DNA of 64,000 nt, from assembly GCA_041687695.1 (NCBI GenBank), contig JAWLBL010000006.1, positions 224,001 to 288,000 on the forward strand, written 5' to 3'. The translations under genes and the position numbers were made by a program. Each line of letters begins with the position of its first letter. Position 1 is the stretch's first letter. A model generated the notes under the pieces. That model made no database searches. It was not told where the DNA came from and saw nothing but the letters and a program-made list of their open reading frames with translations. This DNA is from Myxococcota bacterium (lineage in GTDB: Bacteria; Myxococcota_A; UBA9042; PHBI01; JAWLBL01). Positions 26,843 through 36,875 of this stretch are shown here, in pieces.

Positions 26843-28525
26843 ATGAAGATCGCCCACACCGCCCTTCGCTCCCTCTGTGCCCTGTCCGTGGCGGCCACGA
26901 CCGGCGCCGCGTGTGACGCCGAGCTCGACGCCCCGGCGCCGGTGGCCGTCAGCGTGCTCGCCCTCGAGGGCGGCACCTGCGGCAGCGACCCCGCGACGGC
27001 GAACCCGTTCGCCGACGCGAGCCGCGTCTCCATCCGCGTCTCGGGCATCAAGGGCGACGACGAGCCCTTCACCATCCGCGACTCCGCCAACCTCCGCGCG
27101 GGCTCGGACATCACCATCTCCGGCATCCCGGTCGGCGTCGGCCACACGGTCGAGCTGTGGGCGCAGGGCGGCCAGAGCAACTGGTACGGCCGCGCGACCG
27201 GCGTCGCCGTCCGGCGGTCCGAGAAGAACCCCATCGAGATGACCCTGACCCGCCACGGCGCCTTCACCGACGTGGGGCTGCCGGAAGCGTTCAACAACAT
27301 GGTCTTCCCGGCCGCGGTCGAGCTCGGCGACGGCCGCGTCATGGTCTCGGGCGGCTTCCGACGCGTCATCAGCGACGCCAGCGGCACGTTCCTGGGCTCG
27401 CCCAGCGACCAGGCGGTCATCTACGACCCGCGCACGGGCGCGACCAGCGCCGTCCTGCAGATGCCCGCCGGCCAGGAGCGCGGCGCCCACGCGATGGCCT
27501 TCATCCCGGCCACCAACCAGGTCCTCATCGTCGGCGGCGCCCTGCGCATCGGCCTCGACGACGCCAAGGCCTTCCCCTACGTCTTCGACGTCGCCGACGG
27601 ACGCAACGACCTCGTCCTCTTCGACGTCGCGTCCAACACCTTCTCGGTCGTCGAGAACGACTCCGAGAGCAAGCGCACCCAGCTCAAGCGAGCCTTCCCG
27701 CGCGTCCACGCCATGAACGACGGCACGGTCGTCATCACCGGTGGTGGTCGCTGGCCGGTCGAGTCGTCCGAGGACTACAAGATCGTCGCCGTCTACGACG
27801 CGGCCCTCGGCAAGCTCCGCAACAGCGTCGGCTTCCAGAGCTTCTTCCCGCGCTCGGGCCACTCGATGACCTTCCTCAAGAACGAGGAGAACCTGGCCCA
27901 GCTGCTCCTCCTCGGCGGCACGACCAACGAGAGCGGTCGCCGTCAGGCCGAGATCCTCAAGCAGTCCAGCCGCCAGACCGACGGCATCGACGGCAACTTC
28001 GTCCAGGTCGACGTCGCCGGCGAGCTGCCCTTCCTGTTCTTCCACGAGGTCACGCCCCTGTCGGGCCAGCGCTTCCTCGTGACCGGCGGCGTCCGCGCGG
28101 ACGCCAAGCGCGCCCTGCAGGCGCCGCTCGACGACGAGGCCTGGCTCCTCAGCTACTCCGAGGACAGCGGCACGCCGACCCTCAGCTCCATCCAGGTGCC
28201 GGGCCTCGGCGCCGGCCGCGTCTTCCACTCGGCGCTGACCGGCGACTTCCTGAGGGCGAACGTGGTCGGCGGCCTGTCGGGCCGGACGGCCCTCGACAAC
28301 GACAAGGTGAAGTTCTTCGACGTCACGGCCTACGACTCCGGCGCCGCGCCCTGGACCGTGGCCCCCGAGACCAGCGCCTTCGTCAGCCGCGGCGGCCACG
28401 CCGGCGTCATGCAGCTCAGCGGATCGATCTTCCTGGTCGGCGGCGAGACGAACCTCACCCCGAACACCCCCGAGTGTGCGTTCAGCCAGGTCTACACGCC
28501 CTCGAGCATCGCGATCCCCAAGTAG
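26843..28525 (+). CDS. Kelch/beta-propeller repeat lipoprotein
   Basis: GAAC lipobox; repeated DGRVMVSGG, VLIVGG, VVITGG, RSGHSMT, FLVGG blades. Confidence 0.85.
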   Translation: MKIAHTALRSLCALSVAATTGAACDAELDAPAPVAVSVLALEGGTCGSDPATANPFADASRVSIRVSGIKGDDEPFTIRDSANLRAGSDITISGIPVGVGHTVELWAQGGQSNWYGRATGVAVRRSEKNPIEMTLTRHGAFTDVGLPEAFNNMVFPAAVELGDGRVMVSGGFRRVISDASGTFLGSPSDQAVIYDPRTGATSAVLQMPAGQERGAHAMAFIPATNQVLIVGGALRIGLDDAKAFPYVFDVADGRNDLVLFDVASNTFSVVENDSESKRTQLKRAFPRVHAMNDGTVVITGGGRWPVESSEDYKIVAVYDAALGKLRNSVGFQSFFPRSGHSMTFLKNEENLAQLLLLGGTTNESGRRQAEILKQSSRQTDGIDGNFVQVDVAGELPFLFFHEVTPLSGQRFLVTGGVRADAKRALQAPLDDEAWLLSYSEDSGTPTLSSIQVPGLGAGRVFHSALTGDFLRANVVGGLSGRTALDNDKVKFFDVTAYDSGAAPWTVAPETSAFVSRGGHAGVMQLSGSIFLVGGETNLTPNTPECAFSQVYTPSSIAIPK

Positions 28526-28631
28526 TCGGCCACCCATTGCGCTTCGGCGCGCTCAGCCTCCCGACCCCGCAGCGAGCGGGGCACCGGCCCCTCAGCAGCA
28601 TCAGCGAATGCTTCGTCAGCAGGAGAAGCGA

Positions 28632-30023
28632 ATGCTTCGTCGTCACCGTGCGCCCGCCCGTGTCATCGCCGTGATGAGCGCGCTATTGTTCCTCAACCTC
28701 GAGATGACCGTCCTGCTGCAGGGGCATCTGGCCGTGTCCCGCGCCCACGCCCAGGCCGGCAAGGAGCGGCGCGTCGCGCTCTTCGTCTTGTCGACGGGGC
28801 GCAACGCCGGCGACGCGCAGGTGCTCCAGACGCTGCTCCGCAAGGAGCTCAAGGGCCTGACCAACGTCCGTCTGGTCACCGGCTCTCCCGATCCCGACCG
28901 CAGCATCGAGGCCACTGCCGGCCCGATGGTCGAAAACGGCATCCGCTCGCTCAACGACGGCGTGCGCAGCCGAGAGGCGGCGGCCGCGGCCGAGGCCGAG
29001 CTGCAGAAGGCCTACGATCTGCTGGTGCGCGACACCGGCCCCCTCAACCGGCGGCTGCTCGCCCGCACGCTCAAGGGCCTGGGCGTCGCCCGCGTCATGC
29101 TGGGCCGCCGCGAGGAGGGCAAGGAGATGATCCGGGCCGCCCTGAACCTGTGGCCCGACCAGCAGGACGCCGAGTACGGCTACACCCTCGAGGTGCGCAA
29201 CGCCTACAAGGAGGTCCAGAAGGAGCGCCTCGAGCAGGCCGCCGGCAGCGTCGCCATCTTCAGCGAGCCGACCGGCGCCGAGGTCAGCATCGGCGGCCAG
29301 GTGAAGGGCTACGCCACCAGCGAGGGCATCAACGTCCGCGATCTGATGCCTGGCCCCCACTGGATGTCGGCGCAGCTCGACGGCTACAAGCGCTCCGGCG
29401 CCTTCGTCACCGTCGAGGCGGGCCAGGAGACCCTGCAGAACTTCTTCCTCGAGCCCATGCCGAACGCGCAGGCCTTCGAGTCGACCACCGCGGACATCGT
29501 CAAGAACTTCCGCAGCGAGGCCAAGGTCTCTGGTTCCCTGACCGGCCTCAAGGGCCTGGTCGGCGCGGACGAGGTGCTGGTGTTCCTGACTTCGAGCCGC
29601 GGCGGCGCCTACCACTTCAACGGCTGGCACCTTGGCCCGCAGGGCAAGGTCGAGCAGGTGCAGGCCAAGGTCAAGCAGGACGCCAGCTTCCTCACGGGCG
29701 TCCAGAACATGCTCGCCGGCGCCCTGAACACCACGGTGGCCGGCGAGTACGCCGAGCTGCCCCTGGACGCTCCGCCGGGCGCGAGCCAGATGGCCGGCGG
29801 CGGCGACGAGGTCTTCATCGACCCCAACGATCAGATCATCAAGGTCGACGACAAGGAGAAGCAGTCGCTGACCAGCGAGTGGTGGTTCTGGGCCATCCTG
29901 GGCGGCGCCGCCGCGGGCCTCACCCTGGGCGTGCTCGCCATCGTCGACCAGCCGACCTCCTCGGGCGCCGTCGGAGACATCACCATCGGCGTGAACCCCG
30001 CCACGGGCGCGGCCGCGCAGTAG
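28632..30023 (+). CDS. PEGA-domain protein with TPR-like region and C-terminal TM helix
   Basis: GSVAIFSEPTGAEVSIGG..PGPHWMSAQLDGY; WWFWAILG; SD aggag. Confidence 0.85.
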   Translation: MLRRHRAPARVIAVMSALLFLNLEMTVLLQGHLAVSRAHAQAGKERRVALFVLSTGRNAGDAQVLQTLLRKELKGLTNVRLVTGSPDPDRSIEATAGPMVENGIRSLNDGVRSREAAAAAEAELQKAYDLLVRDTGPLNRRLLARTLKGLGVARVMLGRREEGKEMIRAALNLWPDQQDAEYGYTLEVRNAYKEVQKERLEQAAGSVAIFSEPTGAEVSIGGQVKGYATSEGINVRDLMPGPHWMSAQLDGYKRSGAFVTVEAGQETLQNFFLEPMPNAQAFESTTADIVKNFRSEAKVSGSLTGLKGLVGADEVLVFLTSSRGGAYHFNGWHLGPQGKVEQVQAKVKQDASFLTGVQNMLAGALNTTVAGEYAELPLDAPPGASQMAGGGDEVFIDPNDQIIKVDDKEKQSLTSEWWFWAILGGAAAGLTLGVLAIVDQPTSSGAVGDITIGVNPATGAAAQ

Positions 30024-30043
30024 CCGGACGCCGCGAAGCTCAC

Positions 30044-30088
30044 CGAAGCGAAACGGCCGGGGCGCTCACCCCGGCCGTTTCGCTTTCG
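30044..30088 (+). terminator. Intrinsic terminator hairpin, likely bidirectional
   Basis: agcgaaacggccgggg/ccccggccgtttcgct stem followed by ttcg. Confidence 0.8.
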
Positions 30089-30112
30089 AATCCAGCCTCT
30101 CCTGGCTCTTTG

Positions 30113-30357
30113 GAGGGCCTCGAGCGCCGGCAGCCGGCTCGGGGCGTCAGAGGCCGTCGAGGGCCTGCGACAGGTCGCGTCCGGCCCTCGACACGCTCTG
30201 AGGGCCTGCACCAGACCGCTCTCGGTCCTGCAGAGGCCGTCGAGCGCCTGCACAAGACCGCTCTCGGTCGCGCAGAGGCCATCGAGCGCCTGCAACAGGT
30301 CGCTTCCGGAGCCGTCAGAGCGCTTCGAGCGCCTGCAGCAGGTCGGCTTCCAGATCG
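30113..30357. repeat. Degenerate ~42-bp tandem repeat derived from the adjacent gene's 3' end
   Basis: Anchor gag(c/g)gcc(t/g)gc at 30122, 30159, 30200, 30242, 30284 and 30327 (last one inside the CDS). Confidence 0.8.
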
Positions 30358-31520
30358 TCGGCGTCCTCGAGCCCCACCGACAGCCGCACCAGGCTGTCGC
30401 GGATGCCGACGGCCAGGCGCTCCTCGGTCGTCAGCTCGAAGTAGCTCATCAGGGCGACCTGCTCGATGAGCGTCTCCACGCCGCCCAGGCTGGGCCCGAT
30501 GCGCGGGATCCGGACCGCGTCGATGAAGCGCCCGGTCGCCTCGAGGTCGGCGCGCAACGTGAACGAGACCACGCCGCCGAAGCCGCTCATCAGCCGCCGC
30601 GCCACCTCGTGCGTCGCGTGCGTCTCGAGGCCCGGATAGTACACCTCGTCGACCTTGGGGTGGCTCGCCAGCCGTCGGGCCAGCCGCATCGCTGTCTCGT
30701 TCTGCTGCCGCACGCGCAGCGGCAAGGTCTTCAGGCCCCGGATCAGCAGCCACGCGGCGTGCGGGTCCAGCACGCCGCCCAGGATGGCCTGCAGCTCGCG
30801 GATGCCCTGCACCAGCGGCGCCGCCCCCGCGATGACCCCCGCCAGCAGGTCGTTGTGGCCGCCCAGGTACTTGGTCGCCGAGTGGACGACCAGGTCGGCC
30901 CCCTGCGTCAGCGGCCGCTGGTTCACCGGTGTGGCGAAGGTCGCGTCGATGACGATCTTGAACGACCGGCCCTTCTTCAGCGCCGCCAGCGCGGGGATGT
31001 CGACGACCTTCAGGTACGGGTTGGTCGGCGACTCCGTCACCAGGACCCGTGTCTCGGGCCGCAAGGCCGCCTCCAGGGCCGCCAGGTCGTCGGCCGGCAC
31101 GACGCTGACCTCGACGCCCAGCCGCCCCAGGACCTGTCTGCAGAACTGCCGCGTCCGGCGATAGCAGTCGTCGGTCAGCACGACGTGTTGGCCCTGCCGC
31201 AGCAGGGTCAGCAGGGTCGTCGTGACCGCCGCCATCCCCGACCCGAACAGCAGCGCGTCCTGCGCCCCCTCGAGCGCCGCGATCTTCTCCTCGGCCGCGC
31301 GCTGCGTCGGGTTGCCGTAGCGCCCGTACTCCATCCGCTCGACCTCGCCCGACATGAACGCCGTCAGCTCGGCCGTGTCCCGGAACGTGTAGGTCGCGGT
31401 CTGGTAGATGGGCACCTGCAGGGCCGCGTGCGGCTGCCGCGCGTCCGTCCCGGCGTGCACCGCCGTCGTCTGAAGCCCTGGCCCTCGACCCTCCACCCGC
31501 TCGTCCCCGCCGCTGGCCAT
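30315..31520 (-). CDS. PLP-dependent trans-sulfuration enzyme (cystathionine gamma-synthase family)
   Basis: YGRYGNPT, SGMAAV, ESPTNP, HSATKYLGGHND, SLGGVETL, VRLSVGLED. Confidence 0.93.
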   Translation of the reverse strand: MASGGDERVEGRGPGLQTTAVHAGTDARQPHAALQVPIYQTATYTFRDTAELTAFMSGEVERMEYGRYGNPTQRAAEEKIAALEGAQDALLFGSGMAAVTTTLLTLLRQGQHVVLTDDCYRRTRQFCRQVLGRLGVEVSVVPADDLAALEAALRPETRVLVTESPTNPYLKVVDIPALAALKKGRSFKIVIDATFATPVNQRPLTQGADLVVHSATKYLGGHNDLLAGVIAGAAPLVQGIRELQAILGGVLDPHAAWLLIRGLKTLPLRVRQQNETAMRLARRLASHPKVDEVYYPGLETHATHEVARRLMSGFGGVVSFTLRADLEATGRFIDAVRIPRIGPSLGGVETLIEQVALMSYFELTTEERLAVGIRDSLVRLSVGLEDADDLEADLLQALEAL

Positions 31521-31706
31521 GTCCCCTCCTCGTCGCCGCCCCACCATCGGGCGACTCCGCTATAGCGAAGTTCCTCGGCCCCGGTCCACCTCGCCGTGGA
31601 ACGCCGATGACGCATCGCCGAGGCGCTCGGTCGCCCCAACCGCCCACGCGGGCTCCGCCATCGCCCGCCGCCCGCTGCTGGCGCGGCCGCGAGCGGCGGA
31701 CCTTCG

Positions 31707-31763
31707 AAAAGGCGAGGGCCGCGTCGCCGGCTCCCCCTAAAGGGAGCCAGGCGCGCGGCCCTC
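31707..31763 (-). terminator. Intrinsic terminator of the DsbA gene
   Basis: gagggccgcg..ggctccc/gggagcc..cgcggccctc stem followed by tttt on the minus strand. Confidence 0.7.
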
Positions 31764-31790
31764 GTCAGACCAGCGTGGCCTGAACGCGAA

Positions 31791-33773
31791 TTACTTCTTG
31801 TTCAGGATGTGCTTGTCGATGACGCGCGTGAAGGCCTCGAGGTTGTAGCCCGAGGGCGACGTGAACTTCCGACCGTTGATGTAGATGGTCGGGGTGCCAC
31901 GGACGCCGGCCTTGCGGCCCTCCTCCATGTCGGCGTTGACGAGCTCCTTGTGCTTGCCGGACTCCATGCACTTCTTGAAGGCATCGATGTCCTTGACGCC
32001 GGCCTCCTTGGCCCACTCGTCCCACTTGGCCTGCGCGAGGTCCTTCTGGACCTCGAACAGCTTGTCGTGCATCTCCCAGAACTTGCCCTGGTCGTTGGCG
32101 CACAGCGACGCCTCGGCGGCCGGGAAGGCCTCCTTGTGGAAGTTCAGGGGGAAGTGCTTGAAGCCGATGACCGCCTGGTCGCCGTAGTGCTTCTGGACTT
32201 CCTTGAGCGGCGAGCCGACGCGCGCGCAGAAGGGGCACTGGAAGTCCGAGAACTCGACGATCTGGATCTTGGCCGTCGGCTTGCCCATGACCGCGGTCTT
32301 GGACAGGTCGAACTGGTTGACCTGCTCCTCGAGCGGCTCGAAGACCTTGCCGTCCTTGATGATGGCGGCGTAGACGTCCTCGCGGGCGGTGCCCTTGCCG
32401 ACGAGCTCCTCGGCCTTCTTCAGCTCCTCGTCGATGAGCTCCTTGAACTCCTCGAAGGGCTTGGCGCCCGTGAGCTTGCGGCCGTTGACGAAGCTGTTGG
32501 GCGTGCCACGCGCGGTGACCTTGCCGGCCAGCTCCTGGTCCGCCTCGATGCGGGCCTTGTGCTTGTTCGAGTCCATGCACTTCTTCCAGTCGGCCACGTT
32601 CAGGCCGACCTCACCCGCGTACCGCTCGAGGTCGGCGGGCTGCAGGGCGCGCATGTTCGCGAAGAGCTTGTCGTGCATCTCCCAGAACTTGCCCTGGTCG
32701 TTGGCGCACATCGACGCCTCGGCGGCCGGGAAGGCCTCCTTGTGGAAGGGCAGCGGGTTGTGCTTGAAGACGACGCGGACCTTGTCGCCGTAGGTGCTCA
32801 TGATCTGGTCGAGGACCGGATTGAGGCGGCTGCAGAAGGGGCACTGGAAGTCCGAGAACTCGACGATCGTGACGAGCGCGCCCTTGGCGTTGCCCTTCAT
32901 CGCGTCGCCCGGATCCACGTCCACCTTGTAGACCGTGCGGTCCACGGGGCGCGGCTGCTGCTGCTGAGCGGCCGGCGCGGCGGCCGGGGGCTCCTTGCCC
33001 TCGTAGACGAACGCGGCGAGCTGCGCGTTGTTCGTCTTGGTGCGCTCCTTCACGTAGTCCATGCCGCGCTTGCCGGCGTCGTCGGCCGCCTTGATCTCGG
33101 CGTCGATGACCTGCTTGAACTGCTCGAAGGGCTGAGCGCCACGCAGCGACTGGCCGTTGATGAAGAAGGCCGGCGTGCCCGAGGCGCCCACCGCGTTCGC
33201 GATCGCCTGGTTGCGATCGACGAACTTGGCGATCTCGGGATCAGCCACGTCCTTCTTGTACTTCTCCATGTCCAGGCCGACCTCCTGGGCATACTTCTCG
33301 AGCTCGGGCTGCGACAGCGCGCGCTGGTTCGCGAACAGCTTGTCGTGCATCTCCCAGAACTTGCCCTGACGCCAGGCCGCCATCGACGCGATGGCCGCCG
33401 GCCGCGCGTCCTTGTGGAAGGGCAGCGGCTGGTGCAGGAAGGTCACGCGGACCTGGTCGCCGTAGGTGTCCTTGATCTGCTTGATCGTCGGCAGGACGCG
33501 CGAGCAGAAGGGGCACTGGAACTCGGAGACCTCGAAGATCTCGACCTTCGGGTTCTCGACGCCGGTCGACGGGAAGGTGACCGGGCCGCTGGCCGGGTCG
33601 GCCGGCTTCTCGCCGGTCTGGGCGGTGCCCTCGGCCGGCTGGGCCGGCTGCTGCGCGCCTTGCTCGGTGGCCGGCTTGACGGGCTCGCCCGCCGGCTTCT
33701 GCTGCTCTCCACCCTTGCCGCATCCCGCGACCAGGGCCATGACGGCCACCATGGCCGCAACCCTCAACTTCAT
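31791..33773 (-). CDS. Lipoprotein with three tandem DsbA/thioredoxin domains
   Basis: Lipobox VAGC; three FQCPFC motifs and three GTP cis-Pro loops; SD aggagga. Confidence 0.93.
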   Translation of the reverse strand: MKLRVAAMVAVMALVAGCGKGGEQQKPAGEPVKPATEQGAQQPAQPAEGTAQTGEKPADPASGPVTFPSTGVENPKVEIFEVSEFQCPFCSRVLPTIKQIKDTYGDQVRVTFLHQPLPFHKDARPAAIASMAAWRQGKFWEMHDKLFANQRALSQPELEKYAQEVGLDMEKYKKDVADPEIAKFVDRNQAIANAVGASGTPAFFINGQSLRGAQPFEQFKQVIDAEIKAADDAGKRGMDYVKERTKTNNAQLAAFVYEGKEPPAAAPAAQQQQPRPVDRTVYKVDVDPGDAMKGNAKGALVTIVEFSDFQCPFCSRLNPVLDQIMSTYGDKVRVVFKHNPLPFHKEAFPAAEASMCANDQGKFWEMHDKLFANMRALQPADLERYAGEVGLNVADWKKCMDSNKHKARIEADQELAGKVTARGTPNSFVNGRKLTGAKPFEEFKELIDEELKKAEELVGKGTAREDVYAAIIKDGKVFEPLEEQVNQFDLSKTAVMGKPTAKIQIVEFSDFQCPFCARVGSPLKEVQKHYGDQAVIGFKHFPLNFHKEAFPAAEASLCANDQGKFWEMHDKLFEVQKDLAQAKWDEWAKEAGVKDIDAFKKCMESGKHKELVNADMEEGRKAGVRGTPTIYINGRKFTSPSGYNLEAFTRVIDKHILNKK

Positions 33774-34058
33774 TGAATCCTCCTGATGACGGAACCGGTC
33801 GTCTCGGCCCTGCGGGCGCGCGTGGACTCGCGCAACCTCGCGAAAGGACTGAAGAAAACGCTCTCGCTGGACCTCGAGTCCGCGGGACTATGTCACACCA
33901 CCTGGGGCCCCGCAAGCGAAGCGCCCGAGTGGACGCGCCGACCAAAACGCCGGCCCGGCGCCAATAGTTCACGTGGGCCCCTAGAAATTTCCGCGGCGCG
34001 CGATGTGCTATACCGGACCTCGCTCAAAGCGCCGACCCACCGGACGGAGAATCCAGCG

Positions 34059-35702
34059 ATGCAGCTCGGGACGATGACTCATGGACGGCGCGGCCGGCTC
34101 GGTCGCCTGGCGCGGGCGCTGCTCCTGCTCGCGCTGACGCTCGGAGGCTGCCGTGGCGCCGCGGGCGAACCTCCGTCAGTGGCCGCCGCGCCGCCGCCCG
34201 TTCAGCCGGCCCGGGCTGGTCTCGGGTCCGAAGCGGGGCCCGACAGCGAAGCCGTCCCGCGCCCGCAGGCCCAGGCGGCCCCAACGGCCGAGGCTGCGTC
34301 GGCCGGACTGGGCGCTCTGGCCAGCCCCGACGCTCTGGCCGCGGCCATCGAGCGTCACCACAGCGACCAGTGGTACGGCGTCTACATGCTGGGCAAGAAG
34401 ATCGGGCACGCGCGGGTCTGGATGCGGCCGTCGGGCGAGGGCGAGCCTGGCGCGTACGCGACCGGGACGGAGCTCGAGATGACGGTCCGCGGGCTGCTCG
34501 GCGAGGCGCGCATGGACATGAGCGAGGCGCGGTTCTACGCAGCCGAGGCACCTCATTCGCTGATCGAGACCCGCATGCGCTCCGAGGCGTCGGGCGTCGT
34601 CGACGAGCGGGTAGGGCGCAACACTCCCGAGGGCCTGGTGGTCACCCGCACCACGGCGGGGCGCGCCGCCGCGCCGCGCACCATCGCCCGGAGCCAGGAG
34701 TCGCTCGCGTCGCTCTTCGTGACGATGCCGACGGACGCCGCGTCGCTACGCCCCGGGCAGTCGGCCCGGGCGCCCTGGTTCAACTGGGAGGCCGAGAAGG
34801 ACGACTTCGTCTCGGTGACCGTGGCGTCGGTGCGGCCGGGCACCCACGCCGGCGTCGACACCACGCTGGCCACCCTGGACGTGAAGTACGAGAAGATGGG
34901 CCTGTCGGCCACCAGCCTGGTCGCCGGGGCGGGCGTGGTCGTCGAGACCGCGCTCGGCCAGGGCCTGGTCCTCAAGCTCGAGGAGAAGGACGTCGCGCGC
35001 AGCGACGTCGTGGGCCTGGACGTCATGGGCTCCGGCGTGCCGGTCGCCAAGAAGCTGGGACGCCCTCATGACATCATCGAGCTGACCCTGAAGGTGAAGA
35101 CCCCCGGCGACTACGCCCTGCCGAGCGCCGCCAACCAGGAGGTGACCCCCCTGGAGGACGGCTGGTCCCGCGTCGTCCTGCGCTCAAGTCCCGGCGCGCC
35201 CGTCACGACCGACGAGCGCGCCGCCGCCCTCGAGAGCGACGCCACCATGGACGCCGACTCACCCAGCATCCAAGCCAAGGCCAAGGAGCTGACCGAGGGC
35301 GCGGCCGACGACGCCGACAAGGCCCGACGTCTGGGCGCCTGGGTCTTCCAGACGCTCGACAAGCAGCTGGCGACGCACCTGCCGACCGCTTCGACCGTCC
35401 TGGACAAGAAGCTCGGCGACTGCACCGAGCACACCTGGCTCTTCGTCGCCCTGGCCCGCGCCGCCGGCCTGCCCGCGCGCCCGGTCTACGGCGTCGGCTA
35501 CACGGGCGACGGCCACGCCAGCTTCGGCTACCACGCCTGGGCCGAGGTCGCCATCGACGGCCACTGGGTCGCCGTCGACCCCACCTGGGGCGAGCCCGTC
35601 GCCGACGCCACCCACCTGCGCCTGGCCTCCGAGCTGAGCGACGTCGCCGCCATCATCGGCGGCCTCGAGATCCAGGTCGAAGGCGAGCCGCGCCGCCGCT
35701 GA
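34059..35702 (+). CDS. Transglutaminase-like domain lipoprotein
   Basis: Lipobox LGGC; GDCTEH, YHAWAEV, WVAVDPTWG Cys-His-Asp triad. Confidence 0.9.
   Translation: MQLGTMTHGRRGRLGRLARALLLLALTLGGCRGAAGEPPSVAAAPPPVQPARAGLGSEAGPDSEAVPRPQAQAAPTAEAASAGLGALASPDALAAAIERHHSDQWYGVYMLGKKIGHARVWMRPSGEGEPGAYATGTELEMTVRGLLGEARMDMSEARFYAAEAPHSLIETRMRSEASGVVDERVGRNTPEGLVVTRTTAGRAAAPRTIARSQESLASLFVTMPTDAASLRPGQSARAPWFNWEAEKDDFVSVTVASVRPGTHAGVDTTLATLDVKYEKMGLSATSLVAGAGVVVETALGQGLVLKLEEKDVARSDVVGLDVMGSGVPVAKKLGRPHDIIELTLKVKTPGDYALPSAANQEVTPLEDGWSRVVLRSSPGAPVTTDERAAALESDATMDADSPSIQAKAKELTEGAADDADKARRLGAWVFQTLDKQLATHLPTASTVLDKKLGDCTEHTWLFVALARAAGLPARPVYGVGYTGDGHASFGYHAWAEVAIDGHWVAVDPTWGEPVADATHLRLASELSDVAAIIGGLEIQVEGEPRRR
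35631..35702 (+). repeat. Left copy of a 72-bp direct repeat (last 24 codons of the transglutaminase gene)
   Basis: Matches 37711-37782 at 70/72. Confidence 0.95.
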
Positions 35703-35777
35703 GGGTCAAGGCTCGTCCATCGGGCGGACCGATGTCCCCGAGTCGACACCGGTTCGCCCGGCTGAACCTCGCTTCCC

Positions 35778-35831
35778 GCTTCCTTTATCTGCAGACTTTC
35801 CAGGCCTGGAAGGACGCCGTATAAAGGAAGC
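35778..35831 (+). promoter_or_regulatory. Nested palindromic operator overlapping a sigma70-like promoter
   Basis: gcttcctttat/ataaaggaagc arms and inner ttccaggcctggaa share one centre; tttcca-17bp-tataaa. Confidence 0.7.
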
Positions 35832-36875
35832 ATGCGCCGCATCGACGCCATCGGTGTTCGAGAGATCCCCCGGCTGATGGAGGAGTGGCTCGGGTCCCCA
35901 GTCGAAGCCGAGGCGGAGGTCCGAAACGGCAAGGATCGCCACGGTCTCGTCCTCCGTCACGACGGCACGATCTTCGTCGTGGAGGTGAAGCGAGCGGACG
36001 ACATCGCCCTCCTGGACTCGGCACGCCATCAACTCGCACGGTACATCGCGTCCCGCACCGATGCAGTCGGTGTGCTGGCCGTCCCGTACATGGGGCCCAA
36101 GGCTCGGGAGTTCGCTCGCACGGTGGGCTTGTCGTGGCTCGACCTGTCGGGCAACGCCGACATCCGCGGACCGGGCGTGCGGATCTTGGTCGAGGGCAAG
36201 CCCAACCGCTTCGCCTCCCCTGGTCGCCCGTCCTCGGCGTTCTCCGACAAGGCGTCGAGGATCTCCCGGGTGCTGCTGGTGGAGCCTGAGCGATGGTGGC
36301 GGCAGGCGGAGGTCGTGGAGGCCACCGGCCTGAGCAGCGGCTTCGTCAGCAAGGTCATCGGTCGGCTCGACGACGACGGCCTCCTCGACAGACTGACGGA
36401 GGACCGAAGCTTCCGGCCTCGCTCACCCGACCTGCTCCTCGACGCGTGGGCGCAGGTCTACGACTTCCGCAAGCACGACATCATCCGCTTCCACGCCCTC
36501 GGCCGCACCGGGGCCGAGGTCACCGAGGCCGTAGCCCGCCAGCTGGCGGGGCGCTCCGACCTCCAATGGGGGGCGACGGGGCTGGCGGCGGCGTGGCGGT
36601 GGACCCGGTACGCCGACTTCCGCCTCGCCACGTTCTTTGTCTCGGCGCCCCTGCTCGACCCGGAGGCGCTGGGCCTGCGGCGTGTCGAACAGGGCGAGAA
36701 CGTCTGGATCGCCGTCCCTCGGGACGAAGGCGTCCTGTACGGCGCCGAGGAGGTCTCGGGCGTCCGCTGCGCCCATCCGGTGCAAGTCTACCTCGACCTG
36801 CTAGGCCACCCCGAGCGAGCCGAGGAGGCCGCCTCCTATCTCCGCACCCACAAACTCGCTTGGGGGCGGTCATGA
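35832..36875 (+). CDS. AbiEi-like type IV antitoxin / transcriptional regulator
   Basis: FVVEVK N-domain, WLDLSGNA, wHTH (QAEVVEATGLSSGFVSKV), LLDAW, GENV, HPVQVYLDLL..ERAEEAA. Confidence 0.8.
   Translation: MRRIDAIGVREIPRLMEEWLGSPVEAEAEVRNGKDRHGLVLRHDGTIFVVEVKRADDIALLDSARHQLARYIASRTDAVGVLAVPYMGPKAREFARTVGLSWLDLSGNADIRGPGVRILVEGKPNRFASPGRPSSAFSDKASRISRVLLVEPERWWRQAEVVEATGLSSGFVSKVIGRLDDDGLLDRLTEDRSFRPRSPDLLLDAWAQVYDFRKHDIIRFHALGRTGAEVTEAVARQLAGRSDLQWGATGLAAAWRWTRYADFRLATFFVSAPLLDPEALGLRRVEQGENVWIAVPRDEGVLYGAEEVSGVRCAHPVQVYLDLLGHPERAEEAASYLRTHKLAWGRS

Noticed and set aside
31521..31700. SAM riboswitch upstream of the trans-sulfuration gene
   Set aside because: No recognisable SAM riboswitch core motifs by eye; an Infernal search would settle it
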